Assembly (NCBI GenBank): GCA_947623475.1
Contig: CANQGV010000001.1
Span: 1 to 41,502, forward strand
Origin: an uncultured Clostridia bacterium
Lineage (GTDB): Bacteria > Bacillota > Clostridia > TANB77 > CAG-508
Reading direction: 5' to 3'
DNA: 41,502 nucleotides
Numbering within the stretch: the first letter of the stretch is position 1; each line of letters opens with the position of its first letter. The notes below the pieces were generated by a model. The model was not told the DNA's origin. It ran no database searches and saw only the letters and a program-made list of their open reading frames with translations. A program made the translations under genes and the position numbers. Below, piece after piece: positions 26,851 to 35,353 of this stretch.

Positions 26851-27873
26851 TTAAACTGTATATATAAAATAGTTCGCTACATTTTCATGCACAAAATTTT
26901 CATCAAGATACCAAATTTTATATCCTCCTACATCAAGAGGTTCTTTTGTTTGATGGGAAGTATGTTTAGCTGCTTGAGCCTCAGTTGTATTAGGATCTTT
27001 TATTAAAAATGATCCATTTTCATATCCACATATACATATAACATGTCCACTTCCTACTGGGAAGTAACTTCCAGAGTTACAAACAATCTGTGCTCCACTC
27101 TGTAATGCTTTTATTGCATCCTCTTTACTGTTAGATTGCGTCATTTTCAAATTAGCCAAACTAGGATATTTTGATGAAAACTCTGTAACGACTGATGTGT
27201 AAAGATCATAGTAAGTACCATCTGCAACAGTATAAGTACCATTAGCTAAACCAAATTGTGCAACTTCTATTGGAGATATTTCTTGATTAGCTAACTCAGA
27301 AAGCGCCATAGCAATAGCAGTAGGTCCACATCCAGAAGAACTCATTGAAAGCTCTGCAGGACCTTCTATATCTATTTGAGAAAAATTAAATCTTTTACCG
27401 AATTCTCCTGATACTGTTGTTGCTTCATCTTCTCCAAATCTAGCATAATTACCTTCAAATGTTTCTCTAAAACTACCTTGAACATTTTCATAATCAAAAC
27501 CATCTGTTAACCATGCATATGCTACTACAATAATTACTATTACTAGTATTATGCCTAACACAATCCATGTTACAGGATTAAATAATGCTGCTATAGCTGA
27601 TACAAGAGCATGTATCATATGAGCTACTAGTCGAGCAGCTCTAACAGCTGTTTGTACAGCCTTTCTTGCCATTTTTACAGCTTTTTGTGCTGTTTCTGCC
27701 GTTTTTTTTGCTCCGTCTGCTATCTTCCTAGCTCCTTGTACAGCTTTTTTACCAGTATCTACAGCTGATTTTCCTGCGTCTAGAACTTTTCCACCAGCAT
27801 CTACAGCACCTTTAGCTGCTCCACCAACTTGCTCTTGATCACTTTTGGGTGTTTTTTGTTCTTCTTCTCCCAT
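26851..27873 (-). CDS. membrane-anchored C39-like (papain-fold) cysteine peptidase with N-terminal basic heptad-repeat region
   Basis: SSSGCGPTAIAMAL (Cys) and GSGHVICICGYENGSFLIKDPN (His/Asp) match the peptidase_C39-like pattern. A central hydrophobic segment and an AAGGAAGG SD are present. Confidence 0.7.
   Translation of the reverse strand: MGEEEQKTPKSDQEQVGGAAKGAVDAGGKVLDAGKSAVDTGKKAVQGARKIADGAKKTAETAQKAVKMARKAVQTAVRAARLVAHMIHALVSAIAALFNPVTWIVLGIILVIVIIVVAYAWLTDGFDYENVQGSFRETFEGNYARFGEDEATTVSGEFGKRFNFSQIDIEGPAELSMSSSGCGPTAIAMALSELANQEISPIEVAQFGLANGTYTVADGTYYDLYTSVVTEFSSKYPSLANLKMTQSNSKEDAIKALQSGAQIVCNSGSYFPVGSGHVICICGYENGSFLIKDPNTTEAQAAKHTSHQTKEPLDVGGYKIWYLDENFVHENVANYFIYTV
27625..27816 (-). 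repeat. about nine in-frame 21-nt (heptad) repeats encoding (K/R)KAVxxA
   Basis: AKGAVDAG GKVLDAG KSAVDTG KKAVQGA RKIADGA KKTAETA QKAVKMA RKAVQTA VRAARLV, immediately before the TM segment. Confidence 0.6.
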
Positions 27874-27909
27874 TTACTTTCCTTCCTTTATTTCTTTTTT
27901 ACTAATCTT

Positions 27910-29244
27910 TTAGAAGTTTACATATCCAAAAGATAATGTAAAGTCCATATCTTCTTTTAATTTAATCATAAATTGCATTTTACCACTGTAATCTTCATCT
28001 TTTTCTTCTGTTCCTTTTTCATATAAATAAATTTCTAAAATATATATATCACTTTGTCTGTCTACATTCTTTATTTTATATGTGTAATGTTTAGGAAAAT
28101 AATATTCTTTAAAGTAATCTGTTAATTTTTCTTCTGTTAAAGAGTGATTATCTTTAAATCCTTGATCTAATTTTCTATATATCGTATGATAATCTCTGTT
28201 ATTCAACATATCAATAACTCTTTGAGCATTTAAACTTACTTTATCCTCTTCAGAAGCATTATTGTAAAGCTCTTTATTTTCTTCTGTTAATATTGTATAT
28301 GTATCCAATTTTACAGTAAAGTCCATAACTGATTTAACATTAAATACCATCAAATTTTCATATTGATCTTTAGATACATACTCTTCATAGCCTTCTTGTT
28401 GTCTTTTTATGTACTGTACTGTACTTATTCCTGAAATTTCGTCTTTAAAACTTTCTACATATTTTTTGAAATTATCAACATTTTCAAATCTTTCGTTTCT
28501 ATATTCTTCATCCAAATATTCATAAGCTTTTTCAGGGTTATTTAACATCATATTTTTATATTTTTCTACATATTTTCCAACAAGTTCTCCATCATTTAAT
28601 GTTATTTCTGTATATGTATTTCTTGTATTTTTGTCTATGCTATTACTGTTCTTTTCTTCCTCTAAATTAAGTTCTTCTGTTGGTTTTACTGAATATGTTT
28701 TATTATTCTTATCTATTTTCATTATAAATTTTTCAGTTTTATTAATTTCTTCATTTGTTTCTTTATCTGTTGATTTCCAACTAACTTCTATTGCATAAAA
28801 TTCTATATTGTTATCAGCTTGTTTGACTTTTATATCATCTACCGAACATCTTTGAACTTCATTTGATGTAATGTTTATGAACTCTTCCAAATTATCTTCT
28901 GTTATTTTGTTTTCTTCTATATATTCTTTATCGATAAAATCCAATAATGCTCTTTTTTTATCTTCTTCGCTATATATTCTAAATATTTCAGCTGTTGTCT
29001 GTCTTCCTCCTAAAGCATTTTGTTCTGATTTTTTAGTTATATCTACATTAGCAAATGTTAAATATTTTTGAATATTACTTTGAACTGTACAATACATTTC
29101 TTCTGAGGTTACAGCTCCATCTTCTACCTCTATTTGATTTGGTTCTTTTTGTGCTTTTTTCATGTCAACTAATATAATTGTTATTACAATTATTCCTATA
29201 AGTAATATTCCTATTATATACATCATTGTTATTTTTTTATTCAT
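27910..29244 (-). CDS. signal-anchored hypothetical protein with NTF2-like/DUF4878-like sequence patterns
   Basis: The start is moved to the ATG at 29244 (MNKKITMMYIIGILLIGIIVITIILV), preceded by AAGGAG. Patterns such as EKAYEYLDEEYRNERFENVDNFKKYVESF are present. Confidence 0.6.
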   Translation of the reverse strand: MNKKITMMYIIGILLIGIIVITIILVDMKKAQKEPNQIEVEDGAVTSEEMYCTVQSNIQKYLTFANVDITKKSEQNALGGRQTTAEIFRIYSEEDKKRALLDFIDKEYIEENKITEDNLEEFINITSNEVQRCSVDDIKVKQADNNIEFYAIEVSWKSTDKETNEEINKTEKFIMKIDKNNKTYSVKPTEELNLEEEKNSNSIDKNTRNTYTEITLNDGELVGKYVEKYKNMMLNNPEKAYEYLDEEYRNERFENVDNFKKYVESFKDEISGISTVQYIKRQQEGYEEYVSKDQYENLMVFNVKSVMDFTVKLDTYTILTEENKELYNNASEEDKVSLNAQRVIDMLNNRDYHTIYRKLDQGFKDNHSLTEEKLTDYFKEYYFPKHYTYKIKNVDRQSDIYILEIYLYEKGTEEKDEDYSGKMQFMIKLKEDMDFTLSFGYVNF

Positions 29245-29260
29245 ATTAAAACTCCTTGTT

Positions 29261-32200
29261 CTATGAAAGTGAACCATATGCACCAAAAATTTCATTCCAG
29301 AAATCTATTTTCATTTCTACTTGATATGCTGTAAATTGTCCTCCTTCATAAGCTGTTACTGGTGCTCCATCTGCATGTTCTCCTCCAACACTTTGACATT
29401 TCGTTACAAATTCTTCATGTGTTTTATATATTTTTGTACAACCAGCTCTATCTGGATCCATATAATAAGCTCCTCCTGTTCCTGGTCCACCAAATCCATG
29501 AACTCCTAATGATGAATATACTGATTGCATTCCAGCTAATGATCCTGGTGGTCCATAACCTGTAGGATCACATCCTGCAGCTTCTCTTTCTTGAGCTAAT
29601 TGAGTTATTTCTCCTGCATAAGTTCCTCCTTCTTCATATTCATCTAATACTTTTGCATATGCTTTTACACCTTCTTCTACTGATGCAAAGCCTCTACCTG
29701 TATTTGATCCATTAAATACTCCTATTCCCCAATAATTATGTGTTCCTCCTCCTGCTATAAAGTTTTGTTCTTGCTTAGCAGTTACTACAACTAATTCAGG
29801 ATTTACGCCTGCAGCAACTGCTGTATCGTAAATTGATCCTGCTTTATCTGCAAAGTTAGTTGCAAATGATGCATTTGATTTTGATCTATAAGCATTTAAT
29901 GCTTCTATAAATTTTTCTCTACTCAATACAGGTTTATCCAATGGTATCATTCCTGGAGTCTCTGAGTTTCCTCCTTGAGAAGATTGTTGAAAACCAAATT
30001 CATCTGGAGAGTACTCATCATTAAAACTTATTCCTGACATTGAATAGTACTCTGATATTACTTTTGAATATAAATATTGAATTACCTCTACTAAATTTGC
30101 TGTTTTTAAATTTCCTTCTAAGGTAGCACATATCCATGTAACAAAATTGTTTGAAGCTGATCTTAATCCACTTTCTTTGTATAATTCTACAAAATGTCTA
30201 TAATTTTCATAAGCAAATCCCGTTGTAGAAGCATAATTATATGTTATTGAATTCGAATCTGTTTCAGTTGTTATATTTGTTGTTTTTGATGGTTTCTTTT
30301 CTGCTTGTTCTTGCTCTTGATTAGGTTGATCAATTATCCCTGTAGTATTATTTTTATTTTGCAAATCTCTTTGAAGTGCTTCTGCTCCTTTTTGTATATT
30401 TTCTTGTTGTCGTTGCTGTTCTAATAGGTCAGCATTTGCTTTAGTAGGTCCTCCTTTAAGTTTTTTAGCTGTTGCTTTTAAAATATTATCTGTTTTATAT
30501 TCTGCTACTTCTGTGTTTATTACCTTTTCTTTTCCTTTATTCTCTTCTAACATCTTTCTGTTTTTCATCGCTATTCTTATTGTTTCTGTAGACATCTTCC
30601 TGTCTTTTGTATTTAATCCTAATGGATTCATGTTTTCTAATGGATTATTTTTTTCTAAAAAGTTATATGGTCTTAATGGATTTGATTTATCTGTAGAAGG
30701 ATTTATTGGAGTAATTTTTTTGTTTGGATCTAAAGGCTCTATTTTTACTTCTGGCTCTGAAGAATTAGTAGGACCTTGTACAATTTTTTGTCCTGTATTT
30801 GTATCAATTTCTTCATTGTTCGATATAGTACTTGTTGTATGTGCAGGTGTAGTTTTTCTTGTTCCTAATACTTCTATATCTATTCCTGATCCAAGATTAC
30901 TGTCAGCACTGATAAGTTCTTCTGTCGCTCCTGGAAACAAATTTACATATCGTACAAACCAATTGTCTATAAATGTTACTTCTGGCTCTTGTTTTGTGCT
31001 TTCTGTTATGACTTCTTTTGTTTCTTCTTGTGGTTCTGTTTCTCCTGTTTGATTTCCTTCAGCATCATACGTTATTTCATTTACAGTCGTTTTCGTTATA
31101 GTTTTTTTAGTGGTTACTCCATCTTTAATTGTGACTACATATTGGCTATCTATTCCTAATTGTGCTAAATTTTTTGTAAATTCTACATCTTTCGAGTTTA
31201 CCAATACCGCTAATAAAAGTTCCATTGGCATTGTGTATTTGTTTAATGCTTTTCTAACTCCTACAGCTGTTTTTGAAACTGTAAATTTTTTATCTCCTTT
31301 TGAGTTGTCATATTCCCATGCTCCTGTTATAATATCTCTTGTTGAATTTAATGTATATACATATAAAGCTCTTTTATCACCTGTTTTTACATAACTATTA
31401 AAAGTTTTTTCATCAACATATGATAAATCATAATATGTTGAGTCTATGTATACTTCTTCAGTTTCTTCTTCTTCTTCGTCTTCTATATCTGTTTTTTCAA
31501 AGTGTCCATAATCTCCGTCTTCTCCTCCCCAAGTCCATCCATAAGACTCAAAAACTTTATATACAACTGATTCTTTATCTATAAAAGCTGCTTCTGCTTC
31601 ATTATTCCATGCTTCTCTGTGTTCTCTGTCTACATAGTATTGAGCATTGTATGTTGCTGTTGATGTTTTGTTAGTTGTTTTTGGATTATATCTTGGGTTT
31701 ATATCGATTGCATTTCCTGTTATATGTGCTGCTCCTCCTGAATTATCATAATATAAACAACATGTATTGTTACTATCTGCTGACATTTGTCCTAATTCAC
31801 TTCTGTTGCTTGTTCTTTTTATCTTTGATCTATCTATTGACGGTTTTCCTTCATTTTCTATTTTTAATTTATTTTCTTCATTTTTATTTTGATCTTCTTT
31901 TATCTGTGCATTATTTTTCCCCTGGTTAAGTTTAGCATTTTTTATTAATTCTTGTGCTTTTTTCTCTTGATCTGTTTTTTCTTCTTGTTTTGCAGCATCT
32001 GCATAAAACTTATCTGAGTCAAAACTATCTAAGAAGTTTTCTGCTATTTCTATACTAGCCATCGGATATTTTTTATCATATAATTCATAAAATATATTTA
32101 ATACATCTTCAACTAATTTTTTATTTACTATCATATGACCTTCATGAAGTTTAAGATCAAAATCATAATATGGTATTGATAGGTATGCAAGATTTGATGC

Positions 32201-34033
32201 ATTAACAGATCCTGATAGTGAGCCTCCTTTTATTGTACCTTTCATTGCTTCTGATAAATCCATTGCTTTTCCCATACCTGGAATTTCTGGTACTTTGTTG
32301 TAAACTTCATCATTTATTTTCTGAGCCTCATCACCTTCTTCATAAGCTCCTATACTTTTTTTAGGTGTTAATCTTCTTACTTTTACAGAGCCTTGAAATC
32401 TATTTTTTGGATCTTCTTTTATATTCTGATTTTCTCCTATTGTTATTTTAGCATTTTCATTATTACTACTTCCTGTTATGTTTTTCCATCCTGAGCCTGG
32501 CACTCCTGTTGGAGTATATACATTACCTTTTTTTGAGCCATTATTTGTTGCTCCTGCTATACGGTATATTCCTATTGGTCCTCTGCTCCATCCAGAAGCT
32601 TGGCCAGAAGGTGCTGGTGTTGATATTGCTGCAGTTGAACCTGCATTGTACCATACATCACTTCCCCCTTCATTACCTCCATATATTTGGGCATGTCCAC
32701 TAAATAATACTATATCTCCTGCTTCTACATTTTCTTGACTTACTGCTTCTGCCCAATCTGCTGCTTCAAATTCTTGTTTCATTTGATCTGCATATCTATT
32801 TTGAACATCATAACCTATTTCATTTAATACCCAATCTACATATGTTGTACAATCTACTGTTTTCCTTCCACTAGCTTCTGATTCTTCTACCGTCAGACTT
32901 GGGTTTGGACCATATGTATATCCATTTTCTATTATTGAATGTACATGTTGTGCTGCTGCTACAATATCTTTTTCTCCACTTGATGAACTAGAGCTACTTG
33001 TTGAACTTCCTGTTGATGAGCTATTTGATGTTGTAGTACTTGATGTTGACCCTCCTGTTGTACTACCTCCTCCTTTACCACAATAAAGTCCATCTCCTTT
33101 TACTGGACCATTCGGAGGATTATTATTATCTGCACTACATGTTGGCGAATTAACCTGTGCATCTGTATATAAGTGTAATGGGTCTATAGCTTCGTCTTCA
33201 CCTTCCAGATTTACTTGAAGGTGACAGTGTGGTCCTGTTGAATTTCCTGTTGATCCTGCTAATGCTATTGTTTGACCTGGTTTTACCTTATCTCCTACAT
33301 TTACTTTAATTTCTGAATTATGTCCATATGTAACTGTTGCTTTTTTTCCATTTACATTTCCATCTAATTCCATTACAACTGCAAGTCCATAACCATAATA
33401 ACTTCCTGCTACAGTAACTGTTCCTGCTGCTATGGAAACTATTTCATCTCCTGTACTTGCTGCTATATCCATTCCTTGGTGATGCGTAGACCCTACTCCT
33501 CCAGGGCTTGCTCTATCTGCTTTTATTGACGTTATAGCACTACCTCTTTCTTCAGGCGTTGTATGCTTTTTTACCGGCCATTCATATGTTCCCGTTCCTC
33601 CAGAACTCGATTTTTCTCCAGCTTTTTCGTTTCCTCCTGCTTCTGCTTCTGTTCCGTTAGATATTGGATTATCAGATGTTACTACCCCTCCAAAACTAGG
33701 GAATTCTGTAGCAATTTCTGCTTTTAACATTTGCTTAAAGTCATCAAAGTTTTCTATTCCTAAATTTGTATATTTTTCTTTGTCTTTTTTGTATATAGAG
33801 TCTAGTTTATCATCTATATCATCAACAAATTCAAGGTAATACCCCTTTTGTGCATCTCCTTTTACTTGAACACATTGAGCTACATCAATAACTGGCTCGT
33901 CTGCTTCTCCTGACTCTTCTTCAGTAACTCCAGATCCTTCTTTTACATCTTCTGCTAAAAATACTTCTTGCCAATCTGGCATATTTGCCGCTTCTGATAA
34001 ATCTTCAACAAATATATCTATGAAATTGGCCAT
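29261..34033 (-). CDS. giant multidomain peptidoglycan hydrolase (M23 + NlpC/P60-like + M15 + unknown central region + GH73/lysozyme-like); probably continues from ORF 34005..34415
   Basis: M23: HHQGMDIAAS...GPHCHLQV. NlpC/P60-like: VDCTTYVDWVL...GDIVLFSGHAQIYGG. M15 (LAS): AAHITGNAIDI...GDYGHFE. C-terminal GVNPELVVVTAKQEQNF...NYWGIG. The ATG at 34033 lies just after GGTGGAGG. The track start at 34048 is a GTG. Confidence 0.85.
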   Translation of the reverse strand: MANFIDIFVEDLSEAANMPDWQEVFLAEDVKEGSGVTEEESGEADEPVIDVAQCVQVKGDAQKGYYLEFVDDIDDKLDSIYKKDKEKYTNLGIENFDDFKQMLKAEIATEFPSFGGVVTSDNPISNGTEAEAGGNEKAGEKSSSGGTGTYEWPVKKHTTPEERGSAITSIKADRASPGGVGSTHHQGMDIAASTGDEIVSIAAGTVTVAGSYYGYGLAVVMELDGNVNGKKATVTYGHNSEIKVNVGDKVKPGQTIALAGSTGNSTGPHCHLQVNLEGEDEAIDPLHLYTDAQVNSPTCSADNNNPPNGPVKGDGLYCGKGGGSTTGGSTSSTTTSNSSSTGSSTSSSSSSSGEKDIVAAAQHVHSIIENGYTYGPNPSLTVEESEASGRKTVDCTTYVDWVLNEIGYDVQNRYADQMKQEFEAADWAEAVSQENVEAGDIVLFSGHAQIYGGNEGGSDVWYNAGSTAAISTPAPSGQASGWSRGPIGIYRIAGATNNGSKKGNVYTPTGVPGSGWKNITGSSNNENAKITIGENQNIKEDPKNRFQGSVKVRRLTPKKSIGAYEEGDEAQKINDEVYNKVPEIPGMGKAMDLSEAMKGTIKGGSLSGSVNASNLAYLSIPYYDFDLKLHEGHMIVNKKLVEDVLNIFYELYDKKYPMASIEIAENFLDSFDSDKFYADAAKQEEKTDQEKKAQELIKNAKLNQGKNNAQIKEDQNKNEENKLKIENEGKPSIDRSKIKRTSNRSELGQMSADSNNTCCLYYDNSGGAAHITGNAIDINPRYNPKTTNKTSTATYNAQYYVDREHREAWNNEAEAAFIDKESVVYKVFESYGWTWGGEDGDYGHFEKTDIEDEEEEETEEVYIDSTYYDLSYVDEKTFNSYVKTGDKRALYVYTLNSTRDIITGAWEYDNSKGDKKFTVSKTAVGVRKALNKYTMPMELLLAVLVNSKDVEFTKNLAQLGIDSQYVVTIKDGVTTKKTITKTTVNEITYDAEGNQTGETEPQEETKEVITESTKQEPEVTFIDNWFVRYVNLFPGATEELISADSNLGSGIDIEVLGTRKTTPAHTTSTISNNEEIDTNTGQKIVQGPTNSSEPEVKIEPLDPNKKITPINPSTDKSNPLRPYNFLEKNNPLENMNPLGLNTKDRKMSTETIRIAMKNRKMLEENKGKEKVINTEVAEYKTDNILKATAKKLKGGPTKANADLLEQQRQQENIQKGAEALQRDLQNKNNTTGIIDQPNQEQEQAEKKPSKTTNITTETDSNSITYNYASTTGFAYENYRHFVELYKESGLRSASNNFVTWICATLEGNLKTANLVEVIQYLYSKVISEYYSMSGISFNDEYSPDEFGFQQSSQGGNSETPGMIPLDKPVLSREKFIEALNAYRSKSNASFATNFADKAGSIYDTAVAAGVNPELVVVTAKQEQNFIAGGGTHNYWGIGVFNGSNTGRGFASVEEGVKAYAKVLDEYEEGGTYAGEITQLAQEREAAGCDPTGYGPPGSLAGMQSVYSSLGVHGFGGPGTGGAYYMDPDRAGCTKIYKTHEEFVTKCQSVGGEHADGAPVTAYEGGQFTAYQVEMKIDFWNEIFGAYGSLS

Positions 34034-34415
34034 TCCGAGGGCCTCCACCTAAATCTTCGACTACATAAACTTCTTCTCCTATTACTACTGCATCTCCCAT
34101 TTCTAGTCCATTTGGATCTCCACTTATGTTTATTGCACAAGTTCTATGTGCTGTTGCTTCTCCACTTCCTCCTGCTATTTGTCTAGATCCAGGAGGAGTG
34201 TTATCTGCAGGTGAATAATGTGTTATTCTATATTGCCCTAAAGACCTTCCTTTTTTTCCTGTTACTGTTCCTTTTGTTGTAGTTGCGTAATCTTTATCAC
34301 ATAATCCTGCTTTAACCTTTTTCATAAAAGGAGGTAAAAAAACAGTTAATGTAATTACTGTAGTTACTATTGCGATTATTTTTATAATAATATTACGTTT
34401 TTTATTATGTTCCAT
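34005..34415 (-). CDS. signal-anchored 3D (MltA-type DPBB) domain segment (0-frame product 136 aa), probable N-terminus of the giant hydrolase
   Basis: The TM anchor IIIKIIAIVTTVITLTVFL, then YRITHYSPADNTPPGSRQIAGGSGEATAHRTCAINISGD...GDAVVIGEEVYVVEDLGGG matches the 3D-domain pattern but lacks the last Asp strand in the 0 frame. Confidence 0.7.
   Translation of the reverse strand: MEHNKKRNIIIKIIAIVTTVITLTVFLPPFMKKVKAGLCDKDYATTTKGTVTGKKGRSLGQYRITHYSPADNTPPGSRQIAGGSGEATAHRTCAINISGDPNGLEMGDAVVIGEEVYVVEDLGGGPRNGQFHRYIC
34034..34037 (-). other. putative +1 recoding site CGG_A (context GGA-GGC-CCT-CGG-A)
   Basis: In-frame CGG in the 3D-domain ORF. GGA at 34036-34034 and ATG at 34033 are in frame with the giant ORF, which then reads ANFIDIFVEDLSEAANM, the missing 3D strand. 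Confidence 0.5.
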
Positions 34416-34433
34416 ATATTTTTACCTCCTTCT

Positions 34434-35339
34434 CTATAATTCTAAATTAGCTTCTGTATAAGAATAATTTAATCCTTGTTCATAGTTGTCTAAGTTCTCT
34501 ATCATTTTTTTAATTGTAAGTGTTTCAAGTTTTAGTCCTTCTCTACTTGTTGTATAAAATTTTAATGGTATTTGCTTTGCCTGTCCTGGTTTTACTGTTA
34601 CATCTTCTTTTGATAATTCTGATACGGAAAAATAATAATTAACTCTATTATTATCTGTTATGTATATATTTCTATCTGAAAGCATTGGATCTAATATTGC
34701 TGTTTTTTTAGATTGATTTATAGCTGATATATTTATTATTGTATAATCTTTAAATATGTCCATTGTATCTATTCTTACTTTAAAAGTTCCTTCGCTTTGT
34801 GTGTTTTCAAATTTTATTCTTTCTATGAGTTTTGCAATATTTAATTTACCGTTTTTTATTGTGTAAAAATCTTCAGCATATTTTTCTTTTATGTATTTTC
34901 CAGATGACATTATATCGTCTCTTATTTCAACTTTGTATGTATCACCTGACCATACTTGGAAACCACATGTTTTAGGATTTGTGAAATTCAAATCACAATA
35001 ATCATATTTAAATCTTTCTACTGTCGGATATAACGCTTCTTTACATTCGTCTGATAATAGGCTATATGCTTCTTCATAATACTTCATATTGCAGTAATCG
35101 GTAAAAGTTTTTAATAATGATGTTTCTCTTTCGTATAATTTTGAACTTTTCTTTTCATTTGATACTTCTGATATATCTCTTCCATAATCAACACTTCTTT
35201 TTGCATTTTCTTGCTCAGCATTTTTCCTTTTAGCTACTTGGTTTAATAATTGAATAAATATAAGTATTATTGCAACTATACCTATTATTTTAAAAATATC
35301 CCTTTTATTCTCATAAAAAAACCTTCTTAATTTCTCCAT
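34434..35339 (-). CDS. signal-anchored hypothetical protein (NTF2-like region followed by a beta-sandwich-like region)
   Basis: TM segment IFKIIGIVAIILIFIQLL. FTDYCNMKYYEEAYSLLSDECKEALYP resembles NTF2/DUF4878-type lipoprotein domains. The C-terminal VTVKPGQAKQIPLKFYT resembles DUF4352-type Ig-like domains. Confidence 0.6.
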   Translation of the reverse strand: MEKLRRFFYENKRDIFKIIGIVAIILIFIQLLNQVAKRKNAEQENAKRSVDYGRDISEVSNEKKSSKLYERETSLLKTFTDYCNMKYYEEAYSLLSDECKEALYPTVERFKYDYCDLNFTNPKTCGFQVWSGDTYKVEIRDDIMSSGKYIKEKYAEDFYTIKNGKLNIAKLIERIKFENTQSEGTFKVRIDTMDIFKDYTIINISAINQSKKTAILDPMLSDRNIYITDNNRVNYYFSVSELSKEDVTVKPGQAKQIPLKFYTTSREGLKLETLTIKKMIENLDNYEQGLNYSYTEANLEL

Positions 35340-35353
35340 AATTTACCTTCTTA

